A stretch of DNA of 64,000 nucleotides from an uncultured bacterium (GTDB lineage Bacteria; Acidobacteriota; Thermoanaerobaculia; Multivoradales; JAHZIX01). The position numbers and the translations under genes were made by a program. Below, piece by piece: positions 49,392-58,458 of this stretch. How positions within the stretch are numbered: position 1 is the stretch's first letter; each line of letters starts with the position of its first letter. The notes under the pieces are model-generated. The model was not told the origin of the DNA and did no database searches. It saw only the letters and a list, made by a program, of their open reading frames with translations. The DNA is taken from NCBI GenBank assembly GCA_965368975.1, contig CBDUPA010000011.1, positions 160,001-224,000 on the forward strand, written 5' to 3'.

Positions 49392-51587
49392 CTACTCCGT
49401 GGAGGGGGCGATCAGCTCGAGGTCGTAGGTGGCGGTGCGCGTGGCGTCGCGTAATCGAAAGACCTGCAACTCGAGGCGGGTCCCCGGTTCGACGCCAGTG
49501 AGTCTGAAGAGGATCTCTGCATGCCCGTCCGATACCGCGTGCAACCGCTCCTGGCGTTTGTGCTTTGCGTCAACCAGGTCGATGCGATAGGGCTCGCTAG
49601 CTTCTTCGACCTTGATGCTCAGAGTCAGTTCGCCCTGACGGACTACGACCGGGAACGTGTCATCGAGACTCCTGGTCACTGAAGGCAACGGTAAGTCCGT
49701 GCGCTCGAGACCGTATATGGCCATGGCATCGCCGGTGCTCTGGAGCCACCGATGGCGCAGCTCTCCGAGCTGGTTGTGCTGCCCGATCACCGTGCTCAGC
49801 AGGCCGAGGCTGACGGTGAGTAGCACGGCTGCAGCCCAGGCCAGGCGTTGTTGCCAGGCGCGCGAGCCTTGCGCGGCCGTTTTGCTCGGTGCGGGGAACG
49901 GATGGACCGTTGCCGAAGCGCCGACCGCTCGCTCGAGCGCGGCACGGGCTGGCAGCACGGCGTCGGAAAGCCAGAAGTCAACTTCTGGGTCCGCGTTCGG
50001 GACGTCTTCATTGCCGTGGCTCCTGCTGGCCCGCCAACACGCCCGCACGCGCTCGAGGTGAGCGGGCTCGAGCGTAGCGTAGCGATGTTCAGCCGACAGC
50101 GCCTGGGAAGGCACCTGGAGCGCCAGGCCGCAGCGCAGTGTCATCGGGCCGCCTTCGGAGGCGGGGATGTCGACGTCAGCCGAAGTGAACAAGGGCGCAT
50201 CGTCAACGGGTACCAGCCACAGAGTCTCCACACCTGCCTCTTCAGCGTGCAGCACCAGCCAGTCGACACCGAGGGTGGCCGTCTCGGGGCGTCGTAAGAG
50301 GTCGCCGGTCTCCAGTGGGCGCGCAGCCCCCTCTTGGGCATCCCCCTCAGCCAGAAAGCGCTGGTGTCGAAGGATCGCAGCCCTGTTGAGGTGAGCACTG
50401 AGGCTTGCGAGCTTCGTTTCGTCGTCGACCATCGTCGAGCCTTTCTGAGCGGCCTCGTCGGGAGGTTCGGGTGCCGTGGTCGCTTCGCCACTTTCTTGAC
50501 ACAGGCGGCTGAACTCTCGCAGCTGATCGTACAGGGCTCCCATGGAGTTGCGCGGAATCCCCAGCTGTTCCGCCAGCGCGCGGCGCGACGGTACCTTCCG
50601 CGTCTCTGGATGGCTCGCGTACAGGCTCAGGAACTGCCAGAGCCTCTCTAGGTGTTCACGCACTTTGGGCTTCAAGTCGGCAGCCGCCAGGTGCTGGTCG
50701 ACGCAGCGCAGCAGGAACGCGAAGCTTTCACGCTCGGCCAGCGAAGTGTCGGGTTGCACGCGCCGGACCAGGCGCAGGAGGCCGGGTTCTTCACCCTCCT
50801 CGAAGGCGCTCTCGCCCTGCTCGGTGTCGAAGAGAGCGCCCCAACGGTGGCGAACGTCCAGCTTGATCGGCTCTATCAGGTCGCGGAAGCGGAACAATGC
50901 GACGTGCTGTTGGGGAAGCTGCTGGAACAGGCCGCGAGCCGTTTCCTGCAGTTCGACCAGGCCACGGCCTTGTGCCGTCAGCAAGTCCGGCAGTAGCTGG
51001 TCGTTCCAGGCCGGCACGAGTTCGGTAAGGCGCGCGCGAATCTCTGCCTCTTCTGCTTCGGTGGGGCCGTCGATCGCAGGGTCGAAACCCACCAGCGTGA
51101 TGTTGCGCAGGCGCTCGTCACCATCGAGCACGAAGAGTCGACCGGTGTTGATCAGCTCCAGCGCCGCCTTGCGCAACACACTGAAGACGCGGAAGCCGAG
51201 AGGGTCGTGCTTCTTCTGGGTGTCGTGCACGAAGTTGCGCACGTTGCGCCGCACCAGGCCTTCCACATTGGCTCCGGCCTGCAACTGGCGCACGAGGTAG
51301 GCATAGCGGTCCAAGAAGATGTACCGGAAGCACTCGGCGACCAGTTCCCAGGCCTCGCTGCGGAAGATGTCCGGAGGTTGCGTCGCTTGCGACCACGAGG
51401 AAACCCCGTACACCCCTAAGTATCCCGGTTGCCGGAGCCACAAGCCGCGCCGCCGGAGCTCCGCTTGGATCAGACGCCAAAGCGCAGTCAGGACAGCCTC
51501 GACCCGCTGGTCCGGTGGAGGTTCGTTCGAAACGGCCAAGGCCTCTAAGTAGTCGGTGAAGTGTCCTTCGCCGGAACCGCGATACAT
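49392..51587 (-). CDS. Hypothetical 731-aa protein: sigma-like/HTH N-terminal half, middle domain, TM helix, extracytoplasmic tail
   Basis: HTH-like PSRRALAEQLGIPRNSM; TM LAWAAAVLLTVSLGLL; 3 nt from ECF start. Confidence 0.7.
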   Translation of the reverse strand: MYRGSGEGHFTDYLEALAVSNEPPPDQRVEAVLTALWRLIQAELRRRGLWLRQPGYLGVYGVSSWSQATQPPDIFRSEAWELVAECFRYIFLDRYAYLVRQLQAGANVEGLVRRNVRNFVHDTQKKHDPLGFRVFSVLRKAALELINTGRLFVLDGDERLRNITLVGFDPAIDGPTEAEEAEIRARLTELVPAWNDQLLPDLLTAQGRGLVELQETARGLFQQLPQQHVALFRFRDLIEPIKLDVRHRWGALFDTEQGESAFEEGEEPGLLRLVRRVQPDTSLAERESFAFLLRCVDQHLAAADLKPKVREHLERLWQFLSLYASHPETRKVPSRRALAEQLGIPRNSMGALYDQLREFSRLCQESGEATTAPEPPDEAAQKGSTMVDDETKLASLSAHLNRAAILRHQRFLAEGDAQEGAARPLETGDLLRRPETATLGVDWLVLHAEEAGVETLWLVPVDDAPLFTSADVDIPASEGGPMTLRCGLALQVPSQALSAEHRYATLEPAHLERVRACWRASRSHGNEDVPNADPEVDFWLSDAVLPARAALERAVGASATVHPFPAPSKTAAQGSRAWQQRLAWAAAVLLTVSLGLLSTVIGQHNQLGELRHRWLQSTGDAMAIYGLERTDLPLPSVTRSLDDTFPVVVRQGELTLSIKVEEASEPYRIDLVDAKHKRQERLHAVSDGHAEILFRLTGVEPGTRLELQVFRLRDATRTATYDLELIAPSTE

Positions 51588-51904
51588 GCGTTTGTGCCCC
51601 CGTAGATTAAATCTCAGCTCAGCAATCTTTGGCTTAAGGATTCTAGCAGTCCACTCGGTTCCTGTTGGAACCTCGAACGAACATCGTCCCCGTGACCCTT
51701 TTTTGATCTTTCCGTGCCACTCGCAGAATGCCGTTTGTTAGTTCTCTACAACGGGCCGGATCCTGCCCCCGAATTCCCAGCCCACGCTGCTACCCCCCCT
51801 GAGTATCGGCCTTTGTGCCGGCCGGACGGCGTGTGCTGAAACGTCGAACAACGGATGGTTTGGAGGGGTCGCTCTGTCCATCCGGACACGAAGGAGTCAG
51901 GATT

Positions 51905-52993
51905 ATGAAGTTGCGAAACGCAGCTGCTGTTGGATCGATGATTGTTGTCTTGATTGGATTGTCGGTGATCGATGTCATGGGTGCGGAGAGTGCCCGAGGA
52001 GTTGTGACGGAACACATATCTCTCACGGACGCGAGCTACACCCTCCGGGCCAGTTCGTCGACCACGTTGATCCTCGAGGCCGAGCGGCGAGAGGTTGTGG
52101 TGGTAGAGCTTTCGGGGCGCACACCCGAGACCATCGCGAGACTGCGTGCGGACTCTCTGCCAGAAGTCGAGGTGCTGGAAGCGTCGCTGGGAAGGTGGCT
52201 CGTCGCACTGCCGCAGGCGGGAGACTACGAGCTCCTGGTGGAGGCCTCTGGCCCGTTCGAGGTTCGAATCGAAGCCTTTCGAGGGCGCACGGTGCAGCCG
52301 TGGTTCGCGGAGAGCGCGCTGAACGCACCAGAGTCGCCGACGGCGCTGCCGCCCACGGAGCCCGCCGTAGAGCCAACCGTAGAAGAACCCGTCGATGGCT
52401 CCCTGGAGCCGACCTCGCCGGACAGTGGAGAGCAGTCGGGTGGTGGCACCAGTGAAACCTACAATGAGGATCCAGTCACCGTGCGCTGGGTACCGAATCA
52501 GCCGGAGGGTCAACCGGGGACGCAGTCTGCGACAGTGCACCTACACAACGTTCTCGTCGAACTTCCCGAGGCGGGTATTTGGATGCGCGTCGAGCAGCAG
52601 GGGGCCTTGCGTTTACCGTTCTCGTCACAGGCCCGTGTCTATGCCCTCTGCGATAGCTCGACGTCTCTACTGCATCTGTGTGCGGCACCGATGGTTCAGG
52701 GAGGTTCGACGCAAGGAGACTTGCGCCCTGCAGACGAGCGGCGCCTCCACGCGTTCACGCTCGCGGCGCCTGCTCATATCGTCCTGGAAGGTACCGGAGA
52801 ACCGGATCTGCGCGGCCGTCTGTACGAGGCCACCGGTCGCATGCTGGCGATGGACGACGATGGCGGACCCGCGCTCGGCTTCCGTTTCGAGCGTCAGCTA
52901 CCCGCGGGACGCTATGTGCTGGAGGTTGATGCCGTAGCTGGCGGGGTCGGTCGCTACACACTTCACTTGGAGACGACCGACACTCAGCCGTAA
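51905..52993 (+). CDS. Exported protein with Pro/Glu linker and PPC-like (pre-peptidase C-terminal) domains
   Basis: AAGGAG SD, signal peptide, LAMDDDGG..FRFERQLPAGRYVLEV..GRYTL. Confidence 0.7.
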   Translation: MKLRNAAAVGSMIVVLIGLSVIDVMGAESARGVVTEHISLTDASYTLRASSSTTLILEAERREVVVVELSGRTPETIARLRADSLPEVEVLEASLGRWLVALPQAGDYELLVEASGPFEVRIEAFRGRTVQPWFAESALNAPESPTALPPTEPAVEPTVEEPVDGSLEPTSPDSGEQSGGGTSETYNEDPVTVRWVPNQPEGQPGTQSATVHLHNVLVELPEAGIWMRVEQQGALRLPFSSQARVYALCDSSTSLLHLCAAPMVQGGSTQGDLRPADERRLHAFTLAAPAHIVLEGTGEPDLRGRLYEATGRMLAMDDDGGPALGFRFERQLPAGRYVLEVDAVAGGVGRYTLHLETTDTQP

Positions 52994-53032
52994 GCGCCAC
53001 AGTGGCGCCTGGAGCCGATAGAGTCGGCCGTC

Positions 53033-53962
53033 ATGACGACGGTCGACCCTTCCGCCACCGACGATTCCCCTGCCGGCACTACCGGTGAGCCGCGACCCTC
53101 AGCGTCCGGAGCGCAGCAACTGCGCTATTGGACCTGGGGGTTGCCGCTCTTCGCTGTCGTCTGGCTACTCGGCTATCTCTGGTGGTTTCCGGATCCCGTT
53201 GCCCTGGCCCAGCAGAATTGGCCCCTGATCCTCGTCGGCTTCGTGGGTGCCCTGCTGGGCAACGCGACGGCGGTTGGCGGTGGCTTGGTCTTTGTACCGG
53301 TGATGATCTTGGTCTATCACCTGGGGGCCGTGCCGGCGCTCAAGCTGGCGCTGGCGAGCCAGGCGTTCGGCATGACCAGCGGTGCCTTCGGCTGGCTGCG
53401 CCGAGGGGTCGTCCCCTTTGGCCTGGTTCGCCTGACCTTGCTACCAACGCTGGTTGGCTGCACGTTCGGGACGGTGGTGGTGCAGCCGAGTTCCCTTCTC
53501 GTCAAGGGACTGTTCGGCCCGACCTCGATCCTGGTCGGCCTCTCGATGCTGTGGTTGCTGCGGCACAGCTTCAATGCCGACGACATTCCGCGTCAGGCAC
53601 GGTTGTCCACGGCACTGGTCGCGGTGCTGGGCGGCGTGCTGACCGCCTGGGTCGCGGTCGGCATCGGGGAGGTCATCGCGGCCTACCTGATGCTGCGCTA
53701 CCGGCTGCGTCCGGACCGCGCGATCGGGTTGGGTGTCGTTCTGCTGGCGGTCAGCTCCATCTATCTGACCCTGTTGCACCAACTGCTCGCGGGCGACATC
53801 CCTTGGGATCTGGCGGTATTCACGATCCTGGGCTGTGTTTTCGGTGCACGCCTGGGGCCCTACCTGAGTCAATGGGTGAGCCCCAAGCGCCTGAAGTTGA
53901 CCTTCGCGGCCATCGCCATCGTTGATGGCGGGATCTTCCTGGTGCAGTTCCTGCTGCGCTAG
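53033..53962 (+). CDS. TauE/SafE family sulfite exporter-like membrane protein
   Basis: AVGGGLVFVP, GARLG, multiple TMs. Confidence 0.82.
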   Translation: MTTVDPSATDDSPAGTTGEPRPSASGAQQLRYWTWGLPLFAVVWLLGYLWWFPDPVALAQQNWPLILVGFVGALLGNATAVGGGLVFVPVMILVYHLGAVPALKLALASQAFGMTSGAFGWLRRGVVPFGLVRLTLLPTLVGCTFGTVVVQPSSLLVKGLFGPTSILVGLSMLWLLRHSFNADDIPRQARLSTALVAVLGGVLTAWVAVGIGEVIAAYLMLRYRLRPDRAIGLGVVLLAVSSIYLTLLHQLLAGDIPWDLAVFTILGCVFGARLGPYLSQWVSPKRLKLTFAAIAIVDGGIFLVQFLLR

Positions 53963-54756
53963 CGGACGATGACCGTGACCGTGTCGAGACCAGTGTTGCC
54001 GTTCTCCGCCTGGTAGGCGTAGACGGTGACCTCGTAGACACCACCCTCGCTGGCTTGCAGCTGGCCGCTGAACTGGCTAGCGCTGCCGGCATAGGTGAGA
54101 TCGAAGTCGAGAGCGGGCTTGCGCTCGCCATTGTGCTTGACGCGGGCACGCACCTCGAAGGTCTCGGTGTCCCACAGCCCACCCGGTGTCAGCGGGCAGC
54201 CGCACATCATCGTGACGTTGGCGTCGACCTGCAGCATCAGCGGACCTTCTTCGGTACTGGACGTCGCGTGCACCGAGTGAGCCGCGGGTGCCAGTACGTC
54301 GACAACCAGGCCTGGTAGTTCGAGCAGGAAGCCGTCGCCGCCGTTGATCGGTTTGCCCGGCACCACCCACTGCGTCGCACTGACGGTCACCGCCGCCTGA
54401 CGTTGCCCGAGCGGACCGAAGGCGGTGACTTCGAGGTGCACCGGGTCGTCGATGTCCAGGGTGGCAGTGAACTGGGCCGAGCCCTCTGTCGCACGCACAC
54501 CGTGGCGGTCGTGACGGTCGATCATGATGCGTTGGGTGTTGCCGGTGGCGCCGGCGGTGACGCCCTCGGCCAGCAATTCACCCGTGTCCGCGTTGCGCAG
54601 GGTGATGAGCACACCGCCCATCGACGTGCCGACGAACTTGGCACCCTTGCTGAGCACACGCACCGTGACATCGGTGGGTTCGGCCAGGGAAGGAGTTGTC
54701 AGGGTGGGTACAGTGAGCAGGAGCACGAGGCTCCCGAGTAGAAATCTGCGTAGCAT
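53959..54756 (-). CDS. Secreted hypothetical protein
   Basis: Signal peptide, GAKFVGTSMGG, MMCGCP..GGLWD; GAGGAG SD. Confidence 0.75.
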   Translation of the reverse strand: MLRRFLLGSLVLLLTVPTLTTPSLAEPTDVTVRVLSKGAKFVGTSMGGVLITLRNADTGELLAEGVTAGATGNTQRIMIDRHDRHGVRATEGSAQFTATLDIDDPVHLEVTAFGPLGQRQAAVTVSATQWVVPGKPINGGDGFLLELPGLVVDVLAPAAHSVHATSSTEEGPLMLQVDANVTMMCGCPLTPGGLWDTETFEVRARVKHNGERKPALDFDLTYAGSASQFSGQLQASEGGVYEVTVYAYQAENGNTGLDTVTVIVR

Positions 54757-54815
54757 GGTGAGTTCTCCTCGGAGTGGTTCAGACGGCTCGATACAGCCAG
54801 GTGGATACAGCCAGG

Positions 54816-55784
54816 TCAATGTAGCCAGGGAAGGTGCCCCAGGTCGACGTTGCCGCCGGACAAGATGATACCCACACGCTTGCCGTGCACGTCCAGTTTG
54901 CCCGCGAACACAGCCGCCAACGGCACCGCGGCGGAACTCTCGATCACCAGCTTCATCCGCTCCCAGAGCAGCCTCATGGCAGCCACCACCGCGTCGTCAT
55001 CAATGGTGACAATGCCGCTGACGTGACGGCGGGCGATGCCGAAGGTCAGCTCGCTCATCGAGGTCCGTAAGCCATCGCAGATCGTGTCGACCTGTTCATT
55101 GCCGACCCGCCGGTTCAGCTGCCACGAGCGGTAGGCGTCGTCGGCACCTTCGGGCTCCGTGCCCCACACCTCGGTATGCGCAGACAGGTAGTAGCAGCCG
55201 AGCGCGGTGCCGCTGAGCAGGCCGCCGCCGCCGACCGGTGCCAGCACCAGATCGAGGTCGTCGACTTGGTCGAGCAGTTCTTGGACAGCAGTGGATTGAC
55301 CAGCGATGATGCGCGGATCGTCGAAGGGGTGCACCAGGGTACCGCCAGTTTCCTCCACCGCTGCCGCCGCTGCGGCTTCACGCGCTTGCTGCGTCGGTTC
55401 GCACAGCCGGACTTCCGCCCCATAACCACGAACGGCGTCCAGCTTGACGCGCGGTGCGTCGCTCGGCATCACGATCACCGCCCGTGTGCCGCACGCTGCC
55501 GCGGCGCACGCCAGGGCCTGCGCGTGGTTGCCCGACGAGTGGGTCACCACGCCGCGCTCCAAGGCCTCAGTGGGCAAGGAGCGCACGGCATTGGTGGCGC
55601 CGCGGTACTTGAAGGCACCCACCTTCTGCAGGTTCTCGCACTTGAAGAACAGGCGCGCACCGGTGAGGTCGTCGAAGGTGGAGCAGGTGAGCACCGGCGT
55701 CCGGTGCACGTGCCCCTCCACCCGCTGCCGGGCTGCCAGCAGGTCGTCGCGCGAAGGTACGGAAGGGGTCGCGATCGTCGCCAT
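54816..55784 (-). CDS. PLP-dependent serine/threonine dehydratase / serine racemase family
   Basis: ENLQKVGAFKYRGA, SSGNHA, PVGGGGL, LSGGN; TGATG-coupled to upstream gene. Confidence 0.92.
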   Translation of the reverse strand: MATIATPSVPSRDDLLAARQRVEGHVHRTPVLTCSTFDDLTGARLFFKCENLQKVGAFKYRGATNAVRSLPTEALERGVVTHSSGNHAQALACAAAACGTRAVIVMPSDAPRVKLDAVRGYGAEVRLCEPTQQAREAAAAAAVEETGGTLVHPFDDPRIIAGQSTAVQELLDQVDDLDLVLAPVGGGGLLSGTALGCYYLSAHTEVWGTEPEGADDAYRSWQLNRRVGNEQVDTICDGLRTSMSELTFGIARRHVSGIVTIDDDAVVAAMRLLWERMKLVIESSAAVPLAAVFAGKLDVHGKRVGIILSGGNVDLGHLPWLH

Positions 55785-56602
55785 CAGTTGACCCATGGTC
55801 CCTGTCGCAGGTTGTCGTCGTCTCCACCTCCGGGCCAGCGCCGTGGTCCAGTGGAGCCGGAGTGCCGTCGATCCTGCAGGCTTCGTAGCTTCCCCTGGTA
55901 GACGCGGTACTTCAAACGTAGCCAGCCACGCTTGAGTTCCTGCAAGGGACCGCCCGGCTGCAGTGACGCATAGGTGAAGCCCACCGCTGCACACACCCCC
56001 AGGAAACCGGCGAAGTCCTTGCTGGAGAGGAACGCGAGGAAAGCGAAGAGAATCTCGAGCCACAGGAACCAGCGGGCCTTCACCGGCAGCACGAAGAACA
56101 GGTAGATCGTCGCATGCTGGTGCAGGGTCGCGAAGGCGGCGATCAGGATCACCAGCAGCGTGTGCTGCCCCTGCAGGATGAGGAAGGGCGGTAACAGTGG
56201 GGGCAGATGCGGGTTGGATCCCAGGCCCACAAGGTAGCCGAGGACGGCAACGGCTCCCGCGACCAGGGCCGCCGAGCTCAGCAGCCGCCAGAAACGGCGC
56301 CGACCGAGGGCCCAGAACACGTCGCGGCTGAACCAGAAGAGGATCAACAAGTTGAACAGGAACCACAGGTCTGGACTGCCGAAGCCGATGAAGGGGTAGG
56401 TGATCAGCTGCCACAGCTGGCCGTGCTCGACGACCCCCGGCGTCAAGCGTAGCCAGTAGAGAAGCTGCGCTGTGGCGTCGAAGAACTGCATTGAGAAGGT
56501 CGCGAAGACCACGGCCAGCAGCACCCAGATATCGAGGCTCAGGGGGGCTTCGCTGCCGAAGCTGATCGTGCGCATCATGCGGGGTTCACGGCTATACATC
56601 AC
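55784..56602 (-). CDS. Rhomboid-like membrane protein
   Basis: QLWQLITYPF, FNLLILFWF, multiple TMs; catalytic Ser/His not evident. Confidence 0.65.
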   Translation of the reverse strand: MMYSREPRMMRTISFGSEAPLSLDIWVLLAVVFATFSMQFFDATAQLLYWLRLTPGVVEHGQLWQLITYPFIGFGSPDLWFLFNLLILFWFSRDVFWALGRRRFWRLLSSAALVAGAVAVLGYLVGLGSNPHLPPLLPPFLILQGQHTLLVILIAAFATLHQHATIYLFFVLPVKARWFLWLEILFAFLAFLSSKDFAGFLGVCAAVGFTYASLQPGGPLQELKRGWLRLKYRVYQGKLRSLQDRRHSGSTGPRRWPGGGDDDNLRQGPWVN

Positions 56603-56709
56603 GGTTGCATTCTACCCCGGCGCCGTCGTCTCCGCGCTGCTCGGACCCGCGTCGTGTCCAAGGGCGCTCTTGCAGATCGGGCCGTCATCCCTTAGCGTGT
56701 GGAGCCATC

Positions 56710-57960
56710 ATGGAAAACAACGCGACGCTACCCTGGTATCAGCAACTTCACTGGCAGATTTTCATCGCGATGGCTCTGGGCATCATCGCGGGCGTCGCTG
56801 GTGGCGAGTGGATCGTGCCCAAGGTGTCCTGGTTGGGCACGCTGTTCGTGACCTTGCTCAAGATGATCATCGTGCCGCTGGTCTTCACCTCGATCATCAC
56901 GGGCGTGGCATCGGTCGGCGGCGGTCGTGGCGTCGGACGCCTGTTCAGCAAGACGATCGGCTACTACGTGCTCACCAGCACGCTAGCAATCCTGGTGGGG
57001 CTGCTTCTGGTCAACGTCATTCGCCCGGGTGAAGGCGCGGACATCGTCAACGCGAAGAGTGCTGAGCTGCCCGACCTGCAGCAACCTAGCTCGGTGGCGG
57101 ACCTCTTGCTTTCCATGGTGCCCGAGAACGTCCTCGCCGCCGCCGCCAAGCCGGACATGCTATCCCTGATCGTCTTCTGCATCCTCTTCGGCATCGCCAT
57201 CGCCGGCCTACCGCGCCGTCCGAGACGTGTCCTCTTGCACGTCTTCGACGCCGCCTTCAAGGCCATGATGCGCTTGACCCAGGGAGTGATCCGCGTCGCT
57301 CCGATCGGAGTCTTCGGCCTGATCACCACCGCCGTTGGTACTTCGGGGATCGAAGTCTTCAAGCCGATGGCCGTCTACATGGTGACGATCGCCTTGGGCT
57401 TGGCCATCCACGTCCTGGTGACGCTGCCGCTCCTGCTCTATTTCCTCGGCGGCATCAACCCGCGCATTCACTTCCGCAACATGATCGAGCCGCTGACCAT
57501 GGCCTTCTCCACGTCGTCCTCCGGCGCCACGCTGCCCGTGACCATGCGCGCGGTCGAGGAGAAAGCCGGTGTCTCGAACCGGGTGTCGTCCTTCGTGCTG
57601 CCCATGGGCGCCACCGTCAACATGGACGGCACTGCCCTCTACGAATGCGCCGGCGTCCTGTTCATCGCCCAAGCCATCGGCTTCCAGCTCGACTTCACCG
57701 CCCAGCTCACCGTCGTCATCACCGCCCTCCTGGCTTCGATCGGTGCCGCCGCGGTTCCGTCTGCCGGCTTGGTGATCATCTTCCTGGTGCTCGAAGCCGT
57801 CGGCATGCGCGGCGACCAGGTCACCGCCATGGTCGGCCTCATGCTCGCCGTCGATCGCCCGCTCGACATGCTGCGCACCGCCACGAATGTCTTCAGTGAC
57901 TCCTGTGGTGCCGCGATCATCGCGCGGTCAGAGGGGGAGAAGGACGTCGACGCGGAGTAG
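56710..57960 (+). CDS. Dicarboxylate/amino acid:cation symporter (GltP family)
   Basis: FSTSSSGATLP, GATVNMDGT, DRPLDMLRT. Confidence 0.95.
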   Translation: MENNATLPWYQQLHWQIFIAMALGIIAGVAGGEWIVPKVSWLGTLFVTLLKMIIVPLVFTSIITGVASVGGGRGVGRLFSKTIGYYVLTSTLAILVGLLLVNVIRPGEGADIVNAKSAELPDLQQPSSVADLLLSMVPENVLAAAAKPDMLSLIVFCILFGIAIAGLPRRPRRVLLHVFDAAFKAMMRLTQGVIRVAPIGVFGLITTAVGTSGIEVFKPMAVYMVTIALGLAIHVLVTLPLLLYFLGGINPRIHFRNMIEPLTMAFSTSSSGATLPVTMRAVEEKAGVSNRVSSFVLPMGATVNMDGTALYECAGVLFIAQAIGFQLDFTAQLTVVITALLASIGAAAVPSAGLVIIFLVLEAVGMRGDQVTAMVGLMLAVDRPLDMLRTATNVFSDSCGAAIIARSEGEKDVDAE

Positions 57961-58011
57961 ATGTAGACAAAGATTCGCTCTCGACAATCGTCAGACTTAC
58001 AAGAGGTAGAC

Positions 58012-58458
58012 ATGATGCTCAAGCGTTCTTGGTTACTGCTTCCGCGCGCTGCCTTGCTACTGTTACTTCTAGTCAGCTTGCCTGCATGGGCTGTCTCCTA
58101 TCCTCAAGGTTGCACAGGAACAGGTAGTCATGGTTCAGGTGCATCTCCTCAAACCGAAGATTCCGACAACGATGGTGGGAAGGACCGGTGTCATGGAAAG
58201 GCAGGCGATGAAGGCACTTGTCTGAAGTCGGAGTCTGGGTACTCACTGGTTGTGACTTGCTTCTCCACGGTGGAAACAGGAACTCTCCGCGAGGCCTGTT
58301 CTGCACAGACGACCTGCCCTCGAGGGTCCATTGGGTGCGGCAACGGCACGGTCAAAGAGGCATGGGCTGGCTACGTGTACGACAATGGAGGGAACATCAT
58401 CAAGAGCTATGTACAGTGTCGAGATGCGAGTGGTGTCGTGAGTGCGACGGATTGCTGA
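58012..58458 (+). CDS. Secreted Cys-rich small protein (9 Cys)
   Basis: GAGG SD, signal peptide ending AWA, C-terminal Cys. Confidence 0.7.
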   Translation: MMLKRSWLLLPRAALLLLLLVSLPAWAVSYPQGCTGTGSHGSGASPQTEDSDNDGGKDRCHGKAGDEGTCLKSESGYSLVVTCFSTVETGTLREACSAQTTCPRGSIGCGNGTVKEAWAGYVYDNGGNIIKSYVQCRDASGVVSATDC

